Sequence record: OZ335962.1
Origin: a phage
DNA: 64,000 bases
Reading direction: 5' to 3' (one strand)
Below are positions 1-8,946 of this stretch, piece by piece (position 1 is the stretch's first letter; every line of letters begins with the position of its first letter). The notes below the pieces were generated by a model. The model was not told the origin of the DNA, searched no databases, and was given only the letters and a program-made list of their open reading frames with translations. The position numbers and the translations under genes were made by a program.

Positions 1-1
1 T

Positions 2-205
2 TCTTATGATGGCCCAGGAGGCGGCTATAATTATGGTAATGCTCACTCTGGTCAGGGTGGCGACGCTGGCGGAAATGGACAAAATGCCTGGAATGATGGC
101 GGTAAAGTACTAAAAGTCGGGGCTGGCGGGGCTGCAGGTTATGCTGTAATAGGGTCTGCTCCAACATGGCAAAATGTTGGAGTAATATATGGTCCAAGAG
201 TATAA
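2..205 (+). CDS. 38: Tail-fibre adhesin gp38, C-terminal fragment (5-prime end outside window); glycine-rich T2-type
   Basis: In-frame tail ...GGNGQNAWNDGGKVLKVGAGGAAGYAVIGSAPTWQNVGVIYGPRV then TAA; Gly-rich segments; lies immediately upstream of holin t as in T-even phages. Confidence 0.6.
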   Translation, partial: SYDGPGGGYNYGNAHSGQGGDAGGNGQNAWNDGGKVLKVGAGGAAGYAVIGSAPTWQNVGVIYGPRV

Positions 206-236
206 TTTTGAATAAATATCCTTAAAAGGAGGGTCT

Positions 237-893
237 ATGGCAGCACCTAGAATATCATTTTCGCCCTCTGATATTCTGTTGGGTGTTCTAGATCGCTTGT
301 TCAAAGATAATGCTACCGGGAAAGTTCTTGCTTCCCGAGTAGCTGTCGTAATTCTTTTGTTTATAATGGCGATTGTTTGGTATAGGGGAGATAGTTTCTT
401 TGAGTACTATAAGCAATCAAAGTATGAAACATACAGCGAAATTATTGAAAAGGAAAGAAATGCACGCTTTGAATCTGTCGCCCTGGAACAACTCCAGATA
501 GTTCATATATCATCTGAGGCAGACTTTAGTGCGGTGTATTCTTTCCGCCCTAAAAACTTAAACTATTTTGTTGATATTATAGCATACGAAGGAAAACTAC
601 CTTCAACAATAAGTGAAAAATCACTTGGAGGATATCCTGTTGATAAAACTATGGATGAATATGCAGTTCATTTAAATGGACGTCATTATTATTCCAACTC
701 AAAATTTGCTTTTTTACCAACTAAAAAGCCTACTCCCGAAATAAATTACATGTACAGTTGTCCATATTTCAATTTGGATAATATCTATGCTGGAACAATA
801 ACCATGTACTGGTATAGAAATGATCATATAAGTAATGACCGCCTTGAATCAATATGTGCTCAGGCGGCCAGAATATTAGGAAGGGCTAAATAA
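237..893 (+). CDS. t: Holin T
   Basis: 218 aa, matches T4 holin T in length and sequence; strong SD AAGGAGG at 222-228. Confidence 0.9.
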   Translation: MAAPRISFSPSDILLGVLDRLFKDNATGKVLASRVAVVILLFIMAIVWYRGDSFFEYYKQSKYETYSEIIEKERNARFESVALEQLQIVHISSEADFSAVYSFRPKNLNYFVDIIAYEGKLPSTISEKSLGGYPVDKTMDEYAVHLNGRHYYSNSKFAFLPTKKPTPEINYMYSCPYFNLDNIYAGTITMYWYRNDHISNDRLESICAQAARILGRAK

Positions 894-1166
894 TTATTTG
901 TTTGTATACATCTCTAGATATCGATATACACCCTCAAAACCCTCGTTGAATTCGTCGATGAGGGTTTTCTTATCTTCTTGAGTTAAGTCAGAAACAATTT
1001 TACGGAATGAATTCTGATTTAACTTTCTACCTTCATGCGTTACTCCAATCTCATTCAGAAATGCAATAAAATTAGCGCGATTCTCAACAATATCTTCTCT
1101 GGAAAATTTAATCAAAATAGACGCAACAGTAATAATTTCACGAACTGTATCAATATTTTTATTCAT
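894..1166 (-). CDS. asiA: Anti-sigma70 factor AsiA
   Basis: 90 aa; sequence MNKNIDTVREIITVASILIKF... matches T4 AsiA; ATG confirmed. Confidence 0.9.
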   Translation of the reverse strand: MNKNIDTVREIITVASILIKFSREDIVENRANFIAFLNEIGVTHEGRKLNQNSFRKIVSDLTQEDKKTLIDEFNEGFEGVYRYLEMYTNK

Positions 1167-1328
1167 TAACTATACCACTCAATTAGTTGACTTTGCTATA
1201 ATATCATCAGACGTTTGATTTGTAAACTGGTCTGTGGTATTTTCTTCAAAAAATTTTTTCTACGAATTCCTTGAACGACTTACGTTCCTGAGCTACATTA
1301 TGCTCGATTACTTTTTCAAGATTATGAC

Positions 1329-1607
1329 TCATTCGAAATAATCTTCAATTTCATAATCAAGGACATAAATCATTATAGTTTTTAATACATCATCAATACT
1401 TTTTCCTGGAGCTGGAATTACGTAAAAATATCCCGCCTTTGAATTATCTTTATAAGTTCCAATCAAGAAATCATTATTCCCAAGATGTAGTTCTTCAACT
1501 AATTCATTAACAATTGAGTGGTATAAATTTGGTAGAAACTTGTATAGCTTTTCTAGAATATCAATTTTGATTGTGTATTGAACCACAGATTGAGAATCAA
1601 TAATCAT
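1329..1607 (-). CDS. arn: Anti-restriction nuclease Arn
   Basis: 92 aa, acidic; position between asiA and motA as in T4. Confidence 0.75.
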   Translation of the reverse strand: MIIDSQSVVQYTIKIDILEKLYKFLPNLYHSIVNELVEELHLGNNDFLIGTYKDNSKAGYFYVIPAPGKSIDDVLKTIMIYVLDYEIEDYFE

Positions 1608-1690
1608 AGACCTTCCCCTTATGTTTCTGTTTGCGATTAGATTCTTTAAACGCTTTCTTCTTATCCTTATGGACAGAAGCTTTATTAAAA

Positions 1691-1909
1691 TTATGTTTTG
1701 CGACTAAATTGTTCATAGTGCTGAATTACCTCTCTTAAACAATTGCACGTGAATGAAAACTTTTTAGCTACACCACATTCAAATATATGTTCTCTTAAAT
1801 CACGTGTATCAGTATATCCCATCTCAACGATAAAATGCCGTATTAGATTTTTATCTTTATCATTGAGAGAATTAAAATAATCGGATTTTGAATTAATTTC
1901 CCTGGCCAA
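1691..1909 (-). CDS. Hypothetical protein, 72 aa (arn-motA interval)
   Basis: ORF with TTG start preceded by SD AAGGTGA; no in-frame ATG near 5-prime end. Confidence 0.4.
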   Translation of the reverse strand: MAREINSKSDYFNSLNDKDKNLIRHFIVEMGYTDTRDLREHIFECGVAKKFSFTCNCLREVIQHYEQFSRKT

Positions 1910-2189
1910 ATTGAATCACCTTCAGTTGACGTTTTAGTTCTTTTATCATTTCTTCGTTCATCGCAATATAAAGATCGCGTAAAGCAGGTTTTAACATGTC
2001 ATTTATTATAGAACTAAATGGACATACATAATCTTTTCCTACAAGCTTTTTAGTGAATTCCATATCGCAGAACTTAAATCCCGGTTCATTGGCATAAATT
2101 CCCCAATTAGTTGACATCATTTTATTAGCATATTCCAGTGCCTGGATTTGATTCATAATTCCATCAATTTGAAACTTTTTAATATTCAT
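1893..2189 (-). CDS. Hypothetical protein, 98 aa
   Basis: ORF with ATG; TAATG overlap with upstream gene. Confidence 0.5.
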   Translation of the reverse strand: MNIKKFQIDGIMNQIQALEYANKMMSTNWGIYANEPGFKFCDMEFTKKLVGKDYVCPFSSIINDMLKPALRDLYIAMNEEMIKELKRQLKVIQFGQGN

Positions 2190-2650
2190 TAGTAAAGGTC
2201 CTCAGAGTAAAGTTCTTTTTCACTACCACCGCGTTCAATACGTACTTGTCCTGCGTAAGTTGCAATAATCATTGCTTCTTCACGTGTCCAATAATTACTA
2301 TACTGATCAATAAACCCTTGGTCATCATCACAAACTTGCTGAGTAACTAATTGGGGTTTAACTACATCTAAAACTTCTGCCATATCTTTAGAATAATGAC
2401 GAGCACCTGGAATAACAAGAGTTCGTCCATCTTTTAATTTAAAACGGTTGGCTGCGCAAACAATTCGTCGTTGATATTTTTGATTTTCGTCCCAATATGC
2501 AGACTGCCAACAGATTTCAGGAACTTCTTTCAGAATATCTTCTTCTGTGCATTTATAACCATGCGCTTTAAATTTTTCAACAAGACTTTCTGGAGTTTCG
2601 CGAGATAAAGGAACATTCAGCATTTTTAAACGATTAATAAATGGGTTCAT
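2189..2650 (-). CDS. Hypothetical protein, 153 aa
   Basis: ORF with ATG; coupled to neighbours. Confidence 0.55.
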   Translation of the reverse strand: MNPFINRLKMLNVPLSRETPESLVEKFKAHGYKCTEEDILKEVPEICWQSAYWDENQKYQRRIVCAANRFKLKDGRTLVIPGARHYSKDMAEVLDVVKPQLVTQQVCDDDQGFIDQYSNYWTREEAMIIATYAGQVRIERGGSEKELYSEDLY

Positions 2651-2991
2651 TTAAACCATCCTTTAATACGCTGCCACAAAGTTTTCTGTCGAGCTTTGTT
2701 AACACCAATTGAGCGAATAACTGGTTGAGATTCCTGGAATTCTTTATAATCAGCAAGGTAAATTTCGTAAGCCGATTGAACAAAGGTACTAATCGCTGCC
2801 ATGAAGTTTTTACGTACACCGCCAGGAGCTACTCCGTTGGGTAATTCAGAATTTTCACGAATAATTAAATATAGCCCAGTTCTAACTTTAACAATAGTTC
2901 CAAGATAAGCTCCATGGTACCAGATGTCCCACCCCTCTTGAGTGGGTTCTGCACAACGACGAAGTTCATTAACAATTTCTAACTTGTTCAT
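2647..2991 (-). CDS. Hypothetical protein, 114 aa
   Basis: ORF with ATG and SD GAGGAA. Confidence 0.55.
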   Translation of the reverse strand: MNKLEIVNELRRCAEPTQEGWDIWYHGAYLGTIVKVRTGLYLIIRENSELPNGVAPGGVRKNFMAAISTFVQSAYEIYLADYKEFQESQPVIRSIGVNKARQKTLWQRIKGWFK

Positions 2992-3001
2992 TATTTATTC
3001 C

Positions 3002-3637
3002 TCACAGTTCAGATGCTACGGTGATTACTGCTTCAATGTTTTCTGCCGAGCGTTTAATGTCAAGATACACATTGCCGTTTTTAGCGATTTTACATGACAT
3101 TCCAATATCAGTAAATTTCTGAATATGGTGTTCCATCATTTTGTATCCAAAAATTCGCATATTTCCATTGTTATTAATTTCAAAATTACGAATTCCGTGA
3201 GTGCGTTTTTCTAAAATAGCAAGATAGTTACTGCGGTAAGTTTCAACCTTTTTAAGAACAAATCCATTTTCATCTAAAAGTTTTAACATGAAGTCTTTAT
3301 CTTCTTCCATATCGGAAGTAATCTCGCGAGCTTTACGAGTTGCTCGTTTTTTCAGTAGTTCAGGAGCATTTTCCTGCGCGTATAAAGTTGCTGCATTTGA
3401 AATAATATCCTGAGCTTCGCCTGTAATGATTAATCCATCACCAGATTTCTCCACCAGGCCTTTTTTAATCAATACCCCAATATTACTATTAACTACTGCG
3501 TTACCTAAATCTGGATGCACCTCACGAACTTCTGCGGCTGTAATGAAATCTTTCTTAGCAATGGTAATTAAAATCGCAGCAGTTTTTTCATTCAGAACAT
3601 CGTTAGAAGCTTTGATGATGTAAGTTACTTTAGACAT
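3002..3637 (-). CDS. motA: Middle-transcription activator MotA
   Basis: 211 aa; matches T4 MotA in length, sequence and position. Confidence 0.9.
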   Translation of the reverse strand: MSKVTYIIKASNDVLNEKTAAILITIAKKDFITAAEVREVHPDLGNAVVNSNIGVLIKKGLVEKSGDGLIITGEAQDIISNAATLYAQENAPELLKKRATRKAREITSDMEEDKDFMLKLLDENGFVLKKVETYRSNYLAILEKRTHGIRNFEINNNGNMRIFGYKMMEHHIQKFTDIGMSCKIAKNGNVYLDIKRSAENIEAVITVASEL

Positions 3638-3742
3638 TTTAATCTCCGTTTCAGTTCATTTATTTGATAGGTCTATAGTATCATGTTTAAAGCAGAAGTA
3701 AACACTTTTTTGCACTCTTTTTCAAGAGCTCTAATAAAGTAC

Positions 3743-3970
3743 TTACTTAATGTTCAGATTACGAACTTCGATTTCGTCTTCATGGGCAAAATCAAACTGT
3801 TTGAATTCTGTGTCACCTTTAAATTTAAAAATCATTGTGAAGAAAGTCAGAACACCGGGTTTTTCTTCACGAACTCCACAGATATCATATTCAATACCAT
3901 CTACAACCAGTTTGTTAGCAGTCAGAGCATTTTTAGCTTTAACGATTTCGTTTTCGATTTTAAATTTCAT
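3743..3970 (-). CDS. Hypothetical protein, 75 aa
   Basis: ORF with ATG and SD GGAGAT; directly downstream of early promoter at 4012-4049. Confidence 0.5.
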   Translation of the reverse strand: MKFKIENEIVKAKNALTANKLVVDGIEYDICGVREEKPGVLTFFTMIFKFKGDTEFKQFDFAHEDEIEVRNLNIK

Positions 3971-4011
3971 TTTTTGTATCTCCGGGTTGTTTGTTTCAGT
4001 TCATTTATTTG

Positions 4012-4049
4012 ATAGTTGTATAGTACCATAAAGCTTTATGCTTGTAAAC
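4012..4049 (-). promoter_or_regulatory. T4-type early promoter (-35 GTTTAC, 18-nt spacer, -10 TACTAT with upstream TGG)
   Basis: Minus-strand read GTTTACAAGCATAAAGCTTTATGGTACTAT; part of promoter/terminator cassette. Confidence 0.6.
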
Positions 4050-4072
4050 CGTTTTGTGAAAAAATTTTGAAA

Positions 4073-4101
4073 TAAAAAAAAGGGAGAGCCTCGGCTCTCC
4101 C
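4073..4101 (-). terminator. Rho-independent terminator (GC hairpin + U-run) downstream of gene 52 operon
   Basis: gggagagcctcggctctccc hairpin at 4082-4101 followed on the minus strand by T-run (plus-strand A-run 4073-4081). Confidence 0.65.
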
Positions 4102-4106
4102 TAAAA

Positions 4107-4256
4107 TTACTGCATGACTGTGATAACTGTCATGATAACACGTTGAATTCCGAACGCAAGAAGACCTCCTGCTACGGCAGGAACAACACCTAAACCCGCC
4201 AGTAAAATGCCACCAGATACTAATGCAGCGCTTGTAATACCTATGAATGGACTCAT
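4107..4256 (-). CDS. Small hydrophobic peptide, 49 aa
   Basis: Hand translation MSPFIGITSAALVSGGILLAGLGVVPAVAGGLLAFGIQRVIMTVITVMQ; ATGA overlap with gene 52 stop; below track size cutoff. Confidence 0.35.
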   Translation of the reverse strand: MSPFIGITSAALVSGGILLAGLGVVPAVAGGLLAFGIQRVIMTVITVMQ

Positions 4257-5581
4257 TTGATTTCCTCTAAATCTTTGGTGTATTCTGTAACTACATCAGT
4301 AGTTTTCCAATATTCGTTTTCTTCTTTTTTAGCTTTAGCTTCTTCAGCAAGTTTCTTTGCTTCGTCGGAAGTCATATGAAAAATATTCATTCCAACTAGT
4401 TTATCAACATAAGAAGAATACATATCAATTTTAGAAAGTTCTTCGGTCAGTTCTTTGCGAGTTTTACCCTGCACAACAATTTCATCTGAAATTACTTTCT
4501 TAATGAAATGCGCCTTGGCAAAGGCTAAACGAAATGCTGATTCAGTTTCTTTGATTTTGTTATCAATTCGTTTTTGGACATAAGTTTTACGAACTTCAAC
4601 GAAGTCTTTGATTAAATCAACTACGTTATCGTAAACTTGTAGTTTTCCTTTCTCATTAATAACGGTAATATTCTGGGAACGACGCTCAATCAACCCGAAG
4701 TCTTTCATAATTTTTGCATGGCGTTCTTCTTCGTTATCGCTCAAAGAGTATTCTTTACGGAATTTAACTTTAAAGCCAAACCCGTGCTCACCACAAGCAT
4801 CATCCCACATAATGAAGCCTTTATCTTCAAGCGGGTCTAAGATTTTACTCACATAAGTTTCACGATCATACTTATACGGAATCTCAGTGATATTCATTTG
4901 AGTTCGTGAAGTAAACTTGTACGTTCCACGAATTTCATATTGACCGTCAATTTCAACGACTTCACCGCGAAATTCTGGAAATTCTACCTTCGGTTTAGTT
5001 ACTTTCTTTCCTTGAAGAGCTTGCAATACAGCTTTCTTGACAGAAGAAACACTATGAGGAAGAATATAAGTTGCATAACCAGTTGCAATACCGGAAACAC
5101 CATTAAGAAGAACAGTAGGAATAATAGGCAAATAGAAAGCAGGCGGAATGTGTTCTTTATCTTGATGTACCGGAGCATATTCAGTATCTTTATATACGCT
5201 ATAGAAATTTTTACTTACACGAGCAAAAATATAACGACTTGCCGCTGCTTTTTGAACGGTACGAGAACCAAAGTTTCCTTGACCATCTAACAGAGGAAAG
5301 TTATTATTCCAAGTATTAGCCATCAAAGCACCTGCGTCTTGTGCAGAGTTTTCACCATGATGATATCCAAGGTCTGCTACACCACCTGCAATAGAAGCGA
5401 GTTTGTGAAACTTATCTTTATTTCCTCGTGCCAAATCAAGAGCTCGAGCAATAACAAATCGTTGAACTGGCTTAAATCCATCAATCATATTTGGGATAGC
5501 ACGATTTTCAACCGTGTACATAGCATAAGCCAATGCTTCATTATCAATGATACTTTTTAAATCGCGATTATTCAGTTGCAT
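4253..5581 (-). CDS. 52: DNA topoisomerase II medium subunit gp52 (GyrA-like)
   Basis: 442 aa; matches T4 gp52 in length and sequence. Confidence 0.95.
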   Translation of the reverse strand: MQLNNRDLKSIIDNEALAYAMYTVENRAIPNMIDGFKPVQRFVIARALDLARGNKDKFHKLASIAGGVADLGYHHGENSAQDAGALMANTWNNNFPLLDGQGNFGSRTVQKAAASRYIFARVSKNFYSVYKDTEYAPVHQDKEHIPPAFYLPIIPTVLLNGVSGIATGYATYILPHSVSSVKKAVLQALQGKKVTKPKVEFPEFRGEVVEIDGQYEIRGTYKFTSRTQMNITEIPYKYDRETYVSKILDPLEDKGFIMWDDACGEHGFGFKVKFRKEYSLSDNEEERHAKIMKDFGLIERRSQNITVINEKGKLQVYDNVVDLIKDFVEVRKTYVQKRIDNKIKETESAFRLAFAKAHFIKKVISDEIVVQGKTRKELTEELSKIDMYSSYVDKLVGMNIFHMTSDEAKKLAEEAKAKKEENEYWKTTDVVTEYTKDLEEIK

Positions 5582-5585
5582 AAAT

Positions 5586-5726
5586 TTACCATACTAGTGA
5601 ATGTAGTGCCATAATAACATCAGAAATGAAAAGCACGACTTGAATTAATCCGAACATTACTCCATAATATAGTGCTACCAATAAAGTAGCAAGGGCTAAT
5701 GAATAGCCCAAGATTTTCTTAATCAT
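5586..5726 (-). CDS. Small membrane peptide, 46 aa
   Basis: Hand translation MIKKILGYSLALATLLVALYYGVMFGLIQVVLFISDVIMALHSLVW; no clear SD. Confidence 0.3.
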   Translation of the reverse strand: MIKKILGYSLALATLLVALYYGVMFGLIQVVLFISDVIMALHSLVW

Positions 5727-5877
5727 TAGTAGATAACAACACAAATGTTAAATATGCACACATACCCTGGGCTAAAGCTTGTGAAAACACACTGCTAGCA
5801 TCGATACAGATAGTTAAAACACATGCTACTATCCAACAAATAAATGAAATAACTCCTAATAATTTTGCGATATTCAT
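5719..5877 (-). CDS. Small membrane protein, 52 aa (paralogue of 5888..6043)
   Basis: Start moved to internal ATG with SD GAGGAG; shares FxCW...SVFxQAxAQG motif with neighbour. Confidence 0.45.
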   Translation of the reverse strand: MNIAKLLGVISFICWIVACVLTICIDASSVFSQALAQGMCAYLTFVLLSTND

Positions 5878-5887
5878 AATATTCTCC

Positions 5888-6043
5888 TCAACTATTTTTA
5901 GAACCAATGTACGCGAATAATGATAAAATCGCTAATACGCCCTGAGCTGATGCTTGCAAAAATACTGAAGTTTCTCCAGTTATTACTGTTCCGATGCATA
6001 AAAAGAACCAACAGAAAAAGGTTATACCGTGAACAAATTTCAT
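5888..6043 (-). CDS. Small membrane protein, 51 aa (sits where T4 has ac)
   Basis: Hand translation MKFVHGITFFCWFFLCIGTVITGETSVFLQASAQGVLAILSLFAYIGSKNS; SD GAGGA. Confidence 0.45.
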   Translation of the reverse strand: MKFVHGITFFCWFFLCIGTVITGETSVFLQASAQGVLAILSLFAYIGSKNS

Positions 6044-6050
6044 ATTTTCC

Positions 6051-6131
6051 TCACTGGCGTCCGAAGACGCCTTTAGTTTTAAGATTGTTACGATAGAACT
6101 GCATCACGTGTTCGTTATGGAAATTACTCAT
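6051..6131 (-). CDS. stp: Stp peptide (26 aa)
   Basis: Hand translation [26 protein letters not shown] matches T4 Stp as recalled; TAATG coupling with ndd stop. Confidence 0.85.
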
Positions 6132-6586
6132 TAGTATGCCTGCAAAACAAATTTAAAGTTATCAGCCAACATACGGTTCATTTCTTCAAGCGTTTGATAC
6201 TCAGAATGATGATTACGAGTAAACGCTAAAGCTAACTGGCCTTTTCCAAATCCAGTCGTTAGAGGTTTCATCTTAGAAGCAGGCAAATAAAATACTGTGT
6301 ATGGAACATTGTTATTTGTAATAGTACGCGCAAGCTGAGACCGACGTTGACGAATATGACTTAGAACTGCACTGAACCCTTGCTTAGAACGCTGATTACC
6401 TACATAAAATCGCGCAGATACACATGGACTATCAAATGGACCACCAAATTTGCTCACTAAAAAGTAAAATCCGGGTTTAGACAAAATGTCTTTATGTGGA
6501 GTTCCAAAAACCCATTCACCGCCCTTGATTGTACCAATAACAGTTGCGCCTGCATTATTCAGATCAGTAACAGTCATGTATTTCAT
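6131..6586 (-). CDS. ndd: Nucleoid disruption protein Ndd
   Basis: 151 aa from ATG at 6586 with SD GAGGAAA; track ORF extended upstream; matches T4 Ndd. Confidence 0.9.
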
Positions 6587-6646
6587 ATTAATTTCCTCTA
6601 AATTATTTTCTACTCCAAGGCCGCATGAATACACACGGCCGATAAA

Positions 6647-6862
6647 TTAATCGTCGCAGTCGACGCTCAATTCCCAAAACTCTTCTACGGTATATGTTTC
6701 AGTATCATTTTCAATACAGAAACGTTTATTACTGTTGTTTTCTAAAGTAGCGTTAACTGTCATTTTCTCGCTAGTGCTCTTAAGAGGTGAAATACGAATT
6801 AACTGATCACCATTATCTAAACAAAAAATTTCACCAACTTTTACATCTTTAAAAATTTTCAT
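6647..6862 (-). CDS. Hypothetical protein, 71 aa
   Basis: ORF with ATG and SD GAGGTGA. Confidence 0.5.
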   Translation of the reverse strand: MKIFKDVKVGEIFCLDNGDQLIRISPLKSTSEKMTVNATLENNSNKRFCIENDTETYTVEEFWELSVDCDD

Positions 6863-6977
6863 AATTCACCTCAAGGAGTATAAAATCCGAATGCAGTTGT
6901 TGACCATCCCATCCAATACGGAAAATTTGCACCGACGTAAAACATGAGAATATAAAACCAACCACTCAATAAATTCA

Positions 6978-7175
6978 TCATTTTACACCATTCCAAATTG
7001 TTTCAACCACAGATTTTAAGCCATTTTGATGAATGTCCATTCCGACAACTGCCATCAAATAAATTCCAACTACAACTGAACCTAAGGCGAAAATCAGCAT
7101 GAAAATGAATAAAGCCGGAAAAATATTATCAAAAAACCATTCAACAAATGTAAAAGCACTGCGTTTACGCTTCAT
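6978..7175 (-). CDS. Small membrane protein, 65 aa
   Basis: Start placed at internal ATG with SD GAGGAAAAT; hydrophobic C-terminal half. Confidence 0.45.
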   Translation of the reverse strand: MKRKRSAFTFVEWFFDNIFPALFIFMLIFALGSVVVGIYLMAVVGMDIHQNGLKSVVETIWNGVK

Positions 7176-7182
7176 ATTTTCC

Positions 7183-7296
7183 TCACATAAATCCAAAGTA
7201 AGCGTTTAATACATCAATCATTAAAACGATTGGGAATATACTCAAAACTACTAGTATTATAACTACATTCCATATAGCTTTAACAATCTTTTTCAT
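7183..7296 (-). CDS. Small membrane peptide, 37 aa
   Basis: MKKIVKAIWNVVIILVVLSIFPIVLMIDVLNAYFGFM; SD GGAGGAACAG; track ORF extension runs through promoter. Confidence 0.4.
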   Translation of the reverse strand: MKKIVKAIWNVVIILVVLSIFPIVLMIDVLNAYFGFM

Positions 7297-7316
7297 TTTC
7301 TGTTCCTCCGTAGTTG

Positions 7317-7354
7317 ATAGGGTAATAGTACCACAGAGGAACAGTCTTGTAAAC
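7317..7354 (-). promoter_or_regulatory. T4-type early promoter
   Basis: GTTTACAAGACTGTTCCTCTGTGGTACTAT on minus strand. Confidence 0.6.
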
Positions 7355-7539
7355 CACTTTTTTAAAAATATTCGTAATAAATGTGAATACCAATCACCAC
7401 TGCCGAAACTTGCGCAACCCACCATGCACAAGCAATAAGTACAGAATTCAAAATTTTCATAATAACCTCATTACAAAAGTAAATGTTAAACAAATTAATG
7501 GAATACTAATTAACCAAACGAAACACCACCATAATGAAC

Positions 7540-7803
7540 TCATAGTTCAATCTCAACGATTTTCATTTCATTACTATTAATAGCCGCTTTAAGACTATCT
7601 GAAAGAATTACACACCAGTGGTCATTCATATGACCATTAACTAAACGTGTAATTTCTTCAGGAGTTGAAAAATAAGGCGTATCAGACTCCCAATGCGATA
7701 GTCCCAAGCGAGTATAAATCATACCTTCATCATCGCTATAATATTCAACTGACACAAACTCATCAGTTATTTTATGTTTAGCGTAATAAAATTTAAATTT
7801 CAT
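7540..7803 (-). CDS. Hypothetical protein, 87 aa
   Basis: Start at ATG 7803 with SD GGAGGAG; track ORF extension overlaps promoter. Confidence 0.5.
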   Translation of the reverse strand: MKFKFYYAKHKITDEFVSVEYYSDDEGMIYTRLGLSHWESDTPYFSTPEEITRLVNGHMNDHWCVILSDSLKAAINSNEMKIVEIEL

Positions 7804-7822
7804 TTTTACTCCTCCGTAGCTG

Positions 7823-7860
7823 ATAGTTGTATAGTACCACAGTCCTTGTGGTATGTAAAC
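7823..7860 (-). promoter_or_regulatory. T4-type early promoter
   Basis: -35 GTTTAC (7855-7860), 18-nt spacer, -10 TACTAT (7831-7836). Confidence 0.55.
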
Positions 7861-7877
7861 CGTTTTGTGAAAAATTT

Positions 7878-8435
7878 TTAAATGGAAAGATACCATCCAT
7901 TGTAGTTGCTTTTTCTTACAACCTTACGAAGGTCTTCTCTGTCACCGATGAACTTCGGAGTGTACTGGATGACACCTGGATGAATTTCTTTAGTGTTGAA
8001 TATAATTATACAGTCAGCGACCTGATGATTCAGAATGGGCCCTAGATTTATTCCAGAACCGTATGGATACTCTCCGCTGCATCCGGTTGTTACCGAAATC
8101 CAACGTGAGTCAGTTTGATGTGTTTTGACTTCTACACGAAGCCCGCAGTATCTTGGATGCGCCAATACATCCCATGCATATGTATACGGGTCATTAACAT
8201 CCTCTTGCCCTTTGTTAACATAGCCGCTTAGCCAATCTGCTACAAAAAATTCTGCGTACACCGCGATACGACATCTTTCAATAACTTCTGCTTTATCCTG
8301 GTTCGGGTTTTGTTTTAAAGAGTATCTTGCTGTATCAGCAATTTTGACCTTCATTTCACTAGTCAAGTCACTGTTCGATAGGGTAAATGTCGGAATCTGA
8401 AATAGTCTCTGTAAACCCGGATTCGTTTTCTGCAT
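7878..8435 (-). CDS. denB: Endonuclease IV DenB
   Basis: 185 aa; matches T4 endo IV in length and position next to rIIB; SD AAGGAAAG. Confidence 0.8.
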   Translation of the reverse strand: MQKTNPGLQRLFQIPTFTLSNSDLTSEMKVKIADTARYSLKQNPNQDKAEVIERCRIAVYAEFFVADWLSGYVNKGQEDVNDPYTYAWDVLAHPRYCGLRVEVKTHQTDSRWISVTTGCSGEYPYGSGINLGPILNHQVADCIIIFNTKEIHPGVIQYTPKFIGDREDLRKVVRKSNYNGWYLSI

Positions 8436-8697
8436 TTAGACTTTCCTTTTTACCGCTGAGATAAGCGTTATATACTTTAAGAGTGCCGTAATAAATTCGG
8501 TCATTTTCATCTAAAGACTTATGGTCAAGTTCATCGAGTTCCTTTTTATCCATGACTATAACATCATTACAGTAAAGAAACCCAAGTTTTTCGTGACCAA
8601 ACTCAAATTTATTGCAGTACACAATATTAGCGTGATGATTTCCGTGCAGTTTAATCTCTTTTATGTCGGAATCACCTATATTCATACAATAAATCAT
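8368..8697 (-). CDS. Hypothetical protein, 109 aa
   Basis: ORF with ATG and SD AAGGAAAA; 68-nt overlap with denB. Confidence 0.5.
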   Translation of the reverse strand: MIYCMNIGDSDIKEIKLHGNHHANIVYCNKFEFGHEKLGFLYCNDVIVMDKKELDELDHKSLDENDRIYYGTLKVYNAYLSGKKESLNAENESGFTETISDSDIYPIEQ

Positions 8698-8710
8698 AAT
8701 TTTTCCTTAA

Positions 8711-8730
8711 AACAAAAGGGCCGAAGCCCC
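8711..8730 (-). terminator. Stable hairpin (GGGC-UUCG-GCCC on transcript) + U-rich tract
   Basis: Plus gggccgaagccc at 8718-8729 preceded by aacaaaa. Confidence 0.45.
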
Positions 8731-8735
8731 TTATT

Positions 8736-8930
8736 TTATTTGAATTGTGCAATTCTTTTTTCTAAACAATCTGCGTAAGATTTCATTGAGATGAACTGCG
8801 AAAGCAGTAATTCTTGCTCAACTTCATTAATCGTTAGAAACTTTGTGCTTTCTAAAAATTTGCTCAGTGCATTAATTTTGAGCATTAATTGATCGTATTC
8901 TTCTTTTACTCGTGCTTGATAACCTAACAT
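8736..8930 (-). CDS. Hypothetical protein, 64 aa
   Basis: ORF with ATG and SD AGGAAA. Confidence 0.5.
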   Translation of the reverse strand: MLGYQARVKEEYDQLMLKINALSKFLESTKFLTINEVEQELLLSQFISMKSYADCLEKRIAQFK

Positions 8931-8946
8931 AATTTTCCTTAGTTAA

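Larger units (their letters stand above)
4011..4101 (-). repeat. Promoter + terminator cassette (PeSL-like), copy 1
   Basis: See copy at 61314-61401. Confidence 0.7.

Noticed and set aside
110-304. 64-aa minus-strand ORF spanning the gp38 end and holin start
   Set aside because: Antisense to two late genes and the holin ribosome-binding site; no SD.
2634-2819. 61-aa ORF inside the 114-aa and 153-aa genes
   Set aside because: Alternate-frame overlap with better-supported ORFs.
3426-4031. Plus-strand ORFs of 65-116 aa antisense to minus-strand genes (for example 3426..3623, 3683..4012, 4940..5290, 9223..9521, 13141..13380, 35691..36163)
   Set aside because: They lie inside well-supported minus-strand genes, lack SD sequences, and are typical shadow ORFs in AT-rich DNA.
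7301-7370. Repeated ~40-bp elements that could be mistaken for a CRISPR array or mobile-element terminal repeats
   Set aside because: They are irregularly spaced, each sits upstream of a gene, and they match the T4 early promoter consensus.
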